From: Candidatus Babeliales bacterium
GTDB lineage: Bacteria; Babelota; Babeliae; Babelales; JABCYS01
Reading direction: 5' to 3'
Length of the DNA: 20,000 bases
NCBI GenBank assembly: GCA_016929235.1
Contig: JAFGJD010000004.1
Span: 44,866-64,865 of the forward strand
Part shown: piece after piece, positions 16,008 to 20,000 of the stretch
Layout of the letters: every line of letters starts with the position of its first letter
How positions within the stretch are numbered: position 1 is the stretch's first letter
Notes under the pieces: generated by a model
The model's input: the letters and a program-made list of their open reading frames with translations, nothing else
Databases searched by the model: none
What the model was told of the DNA's origin: nothing
Program-made: the position numbers and the translations under genes

Positions 16008-17263
16008 TCAACTTTCGGTCGCCTACAACATGATGTCGCTATCATATACTGTCTATAAATCCATTCGGACCAACCTATCGGACGTATAAATGTAGGATCA
16101 ATGCAACGGACCAAGTTTTGTACTACATCACCCTCTGTAAATGGCTTACGAGCACGTGCAACTTCTTGGAGTATTTGTTGCGCATCACTTTCACCATCTC
16201 GCCGTCCAGCCTCCTCATCAAAAAATACTCCGGCATGTACCTTAAATCTTGCCACATAAGAAGCTACCGTACTAGAGAGTGCATTTATCTGAGCAGGATC
16301 TTGTACCAGTGCAGCTACTTTTCTGATAGCTCTATCCTTATCTTGAGCTGCTACCCGCTCAAGTATTGCCGCTAATACCGCTCCCCCAGGAACGTGACTA
16401 CCAAGACCTCTTATTCCCCTAGCAATCGCCTCTGCGGGATGAAAGGAGACATTAGCAACAAGCCCAGAACGTATGGTTTTAGCCGCCAAAATAGTATCAG
16501 TCAAACGATCTCTCAACGCTTCTGCGTATGCTCTTACTTTATGATCCTCCATTGTTTGATTAATTTCTGCAAGATCCCGCGGTGTTGAACCCTCGGGCAC
16601 ATAATACCTATGGAAATAGGGTTGCGTAGTCCGACATTTATCAGATGCACCAAGACTTCTTAAGAGCTTTGCAGCATCTTGATAATGATACTCTTCTGCC
16701 TTATGGAGTGGCGTCATGCCATCCTCGTCGCCCAGATTTAAGTTAGCACCAGCTTCTTTGAGTAAACGTATCATTGCCAAATGATCTTCTTCAGAAACAT
16801 CTTGTAGCCGTGGAAACATGCCCAACAAAGGGGTGGCGCCATATGCTGATACCACATTCACATTTGCATTGTGTTCAATTAAGGCTCTGGCTATAGCCTG
16901 CAACCCATGTGCAGCTGCAGTATGCAAGGGCGTTCCACAAGGCAGCTCATCACCGGAAACTGTTACGACCGCCTGCACATTAACGTTAGCCCCTCGCCCC
17001 AGCAACTCATCGACTACTGTAACCTGCTCTGATTCAACTGCATAATGAAGTGGCGATTTCATGATCCTATTTCCCCAACCACTCCTATCCAGCCCATCTA
17101 TATCTATCAGACGTCCCCGCCAATCTTTCCCCCGATCTAATAATTCTCTAACTCTCTCAATGTCACCTTTTTGTGCAGCATCATGGAGTGGTCCCGCAAA
17201 TACTAATAATTGTAATGTAAGTAAATATCCACATATCATTATTTTTTTTACTATCGACATCAT
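16004..17263 (-). CDS. Signal-peptide-bearing ankyrin-repeat protein with unknown C-terminal helical domain
   Basis: Signal peptide ending LLVFA. Ankyrin cores GPLHDAA, SPLHYAV, TPLHTAA, TPLL and TPLHKA. It shares the TTAA stop region with convergent ugd. Confidence 0.88.
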   Translation of the reverse strand: MMSIVKKIMICGYLLTLQLLVFAGPLHDAAQKGDIERVRELLDRGKDWRGRLIDIDGLDRSGWGNRIMKSPLHYAVESEQVTVVDELLGRGANVNVQAVVTVSGDELPCGTPLHTAAAHGLQAIARALIEHNANVNVVSAYGATPLLGMFPRLQDVSEEDHLAMIRLLKEAGANLNLGDEDGMTPLHKAEEYHYQDAAKLLRSLGASDKCRTTQPYFHRYYVPEGSTPRDLAEINQTMEDHKVRAYAEALRDRLTDTILAAKTIRSGLVANVSFHPAEAIARGIRGLGSHVPGGAVLAAILERVAAQDKDRAIRKVAALVQDPAQINALSSTVASYVARFKVHAGVFFDEEAGRRDGESDAQQILQEVARARKPFTEGDVVQNLVRCIDPTFIRPIGWSEWIYRQYMIATSCCRRPKVD

Positions 17264-17283
17264 AATATCCTGTGTCAGTAATA

Positions 17284-18837
17284 TTATTTTTCTTCGTGGT
17301 ATTCTTTTTCGGTATTAACGCTCCAGATATGTGACTTACTGGTATCACCAGATATGACAGAATCAACAGCCGTCATTGCGGTTAACATAGAATGATCCTG
17401 GTTATTGTATCGATGCATACCATTGCGACCGATGAGGAATAAATTTGAGAACGTATCTAAATAGGATCGCAACTCATCAAATCGATTATAAGTCCCAAAA
17501 TATGCAGGATATGTTTTTTCAACACGTAAGACAGTCCCATCAAGAACATCTTCTTTATTCAAAATACCGATTTTTTCCATTTCACCTGCACCAAATGCAA
17601 TCAATTCATGATCCTTCATATTCCAGAGCTCATCACCCTCTTGACAGAAGTACTCCAGACCTATCCATGCTGTTTCTGGATCGGCAACCATGTATGGACT
17701 CCAGTTGTTAAAAATCTGCAAGCGCCCTACCGTCACATCAGGCTCTTGTATATAGATCCAATTATCTCGCACACCAACTCGAGATGTATTTCCTTTGTCG
17801 CGAATTTTCAACTTGTTGCACAGTAAACCAACAGTAATAAAGTCGCGATACATTAACCCGGAGCCGATCATACGCATTTCATCAGGAACAGTATTACCAA
17901 GCGACTCAATCAGTTCTTGAACGGGCATTGTTGAAAAAACATAGTCACCATGAATTGTTTCAATCTCATTGGTCTCGGAATTCAGAACATCCACCCCAGT
18001 CAGTTTACCGTCTGAACTATGAATCTTCACAATCTTTCTATGCAGCAATACCTGGCCACCCTGATTGTGCACCTGACGAGCAACCTCTTCCCACATCTGA
18101 CCTGGACCATATTTGGGATATAAAAATTGCTCAATTAATGTTGTCTCAGTTTCTTTTTGGGCAACATCGGTTGTTTCTTTTGGCAAAAGGCTTTTAGCAA
18201 AATGTTTAATCGCTGTAGCAATAGAAAGACCTTTGATTCTCTGAGCCCCCCACTCTGGACTTATCTTATCGCATTCTATTCCCCATACTTTTTCCGTATA
18301 CGATTTAAAAAATGTCTGGTAAAGCTCGCGCCCAAACCTATTAATAAAAAAGTGCTCTAAATGCTGCTCATTGCGAATAGGAAATGCAAGACTCCTCATA
18401 TAACTCATGCCCATTTTTGTTGTTTTCACAAATCCAAGTTGCCTTATAGTTGTTGGAGTTAATTTGAGCGGATAATCAAAAAATTGTCGCGTAAAATATA
18501 TGCGAGACTTACGCTGACGAACCAGCATGAGATCATCACGTTCCGTAGGATCAACATCATGCAATGTTTGAAATGGCAATATTTTATCCCACCATGTCAT
18601 CACACGGTCAGATTTAGAAAAAAAGCGATGGCCCCCTATATCAATTCTATTGCCCTTATAATTAACTGTCTTTGAGATGCCACCAATGTGACCACTTTTT
18701 TCGAAAACAATCGGAGCAACGTCTGTTTTTTGCAATAGTTCATATGCAGCGGTAAGCCCCGCTGGGCCTGCCCCAATAATCAATGCTTTTTTCTTACTCA
18801 TATCCATCTCACTTATTGTAAATGGGCCAAAATTCAT
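17284..18837 (-). CDS. FAD-dependent oxidoreductase, UDP-pyranose mutase-like
   Basis: [12 protein letters not shown] (FAD binding), [30 protein letters not shown] and [18 protein letters not shown] overlap with the GT4 stop. Confidence 0.8.
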   Translation of the reverse strand: MNFGPFTISEMDMSKKKALIIGAGPAGLTAAYELLQKTDVAPIVFEKSGHIGGISKTVNYKGNRIDIGGHRFFSKSDRVMTWWDKILPFQTLHDVDPTERDDLMLVRQRKSRIYFTRQFFDYPLKLTPTTIRQLGFVKTTKMGMSYMRSLAFPIRNEQHLEHFFINRFGRELYQTFFKSYTEKVWGIECDKISPEWGAQRIKGLSIATAIKHFAKSLLPKETTDVAQKETETTLIEQFLYPKYGPGQMWEEVARQVHNQGGQVLLHRKIVKIHSSDGKLTGVDVLNSETNEIETIHGDYVFSTMPVQELIESLGNTVPDEMRMIGSGLMYRDFITVGLLCNKLKIRDKGNTSRVGVRDNWIYIQEPDVTVGRLQIFNNWSPYMVADPETAWIGLEYFCQEGDELWNMKDHELIAFGAGEMEKIGILNKEDVLDGTVLRVEKTYPAYFGTYNRFDELRSYLDTFSNLFLIGRNGMHRYNNQDHSMLTAMTAVDSVISGDTSKSHIWSVNTEKEYHEEK

Positions 18838-20000
18838 CCTTTAGAGATAAATGATTCTATCGTCGATACATGAGTATTCCAACCATAGTGCGCTTCAATC
18901 CGAGCACGGGCATGTAAACCCATATGTGGCACAGATGAATCCGCATGCTCCGCAAGCCAAAGAGCCGCAGTTGCAAATCCTTCCACCGAATCAGGAGCAA
19001 TACGTATACCTACCACCTTGTCATTTATAGCATTCAATTTATCAATAGTAAGAGCAGGTGATACGATCTCTTTAAGTTGTTCCAGATCAGAGACCAGCAC
19101 TGGCTTACTCATACTCATATATGCAAATAATTTCGTCGGGGAACCAAAAAATCTTGAACCATCTGCATTAGGCTGCGTCGGCGATAAAAAGGCATCACAT
19201 GCAGCAAGATAATTTTTTGCACTATTCTGAGGAACAAGACCTACAAATGCTACATTTGCATTCGTAATCCCCAATTTTTGTAGGCTTGTTTTCAGAAATG
19301 GATGTAACGGACCATCACCAATTAAGAGAAAAAATGTCTGGGGATTTTTCTCCACAACTCGTGGAATCATATCTGCCAATAATTCGATGCCATGCCATTG
19401 CGAGAAAGTACCAATAAATCCAAAGACAAACTTGTCAGTAAGATTAAGAGTAGAGCGAATGCATGCTCGTTGCTCAGTTAGTTTTCCACTATCAAACTCT
19501 TCATAATCAACGCCATTTGGAACAACACAGATCTTGTGTGGATCAACGCCTCGCTCACATAACTCATCTTTTAGAACCTGTGAAACCACAATAATAGACT
19601 GAGCCTGTGCGAGATTAATTTGTTCTATCCATCGAATAAGCCATAAAAGCTGTAGCGTCGCCTTGCGTGACCAAAATTTCTCTATCCATACTTCAGAGCC
19701 ATTGTATTCAAGAATCAGCGGAATCTTTTTCAATCTGCTAAGAAGAACTCCTGTTGCATTCAAAACGCTATATCTCTGATAGAGCACATCATACTTTCTA
19801 TCCTTGAACATTCTCCATGCTTGCCATGTAAAAATAAACGTCGATAGAAAGCAATTCAGCTTCCATCTCAAAAACGATAACCAACGTGGATTTTGCAATT
19901 CTTTAAGCTGCGCAAGATTACACTCATGCAACATATCAAGCATCACAGATGACGCGCATGCAACCATATATCCTTTTTTTATGAACCCTTGAACAACACC
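18834..20000 (-). CDS. GT4-family (GT-B) glycosyltransferase, 5'-partial
   Basis: The frame is open to the window end ([11 protein letters not shown] precedes the listed Met). Motifs LEYNG, VVS, VPNGVD, GFIGTF-WHG, IGDGP and [11 protein letters not shown]. Confidence 0.9.
   Translation of the reverse strand, partial: GVVQGFIKKGYMVACASSVMLDMLHECNLAQLKELQNPRWLSFLRWKLNCFLSTFIFTWQAWRMFKDRKYDVLYQRYSVLNATGVLLSRLKKIPLILEYNGSEVWIEKFWSRKATLQLLWLIRWIEQINLAQAQSIIVVSQVLKDELCERGVDPHKICVVPNGVDYEEFDSGKLTEQRACIRSTLNLTDKFVFGFIGTFSQWHGIELLADMIPRVVEKNPQTFFLLIGDGPLHPFLKTSLQKLGITNANVAFVGLVPQNSAKNYLAACDAFLSPTQPNADGSRFFGSPTKLFAYMSMSKPVLVSDLEQLKEIVSPALTIDKLNAINDKVVGIRIAPDSVEGFATAALWLAEHADSSVPHMGLHARARIEAHYGWNTHVSTIESFISKG

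Noticed and set aside
3244..19992. Numerous 60-110 aa alternative-frame and antisense ORFs in the track
   Set aside because: All lie within longer motif-supported genes and lack recognisable features or RBS.

Overview
AT-rich, gene-dense bacterial window. The signal-peptide ankyrin protein and orphan exported proteins suggest a host-associated lineage such as Dependentiae/TM6, but this is inference only. The left part (1-6.2 kb) holds housekeeping genes and orphans: a 5'-truncated alpha/beta hydrolase, murI, a Cys-rich exported orphan, efp-nusB, a membrane-anchored orphan, a cupin, glyA and an RRM RNA-binding protein with a clear terminator and a long U-rich leader. The right part (6.2-20 kb) is a surface-glycosylation locus. 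Two convergent modules each end in a GtrB/DPM1-like polyprenol-phosphate glycosyltransferase, and these two paralogs overlap in exact mirror symmetry. The modules include two ArnT/PMT-like GT-C transferases and a tandem pair of uncharacterised polytopic membrane paralogs. Nearby are galE, ugd, a flavoprotein carrying motifs of eukaryote-type UDP-galactopyranose mutases, a GT4 (5'-truncated by the window) and an inserted ankyrin protein. The best candidate for a new system is a nucleotide-sugar -> furanose -> lipid carrier -> multi-GT-C glycosylation pathway. No rRNA, tRNA, CRISPR array or mobile element was seen.
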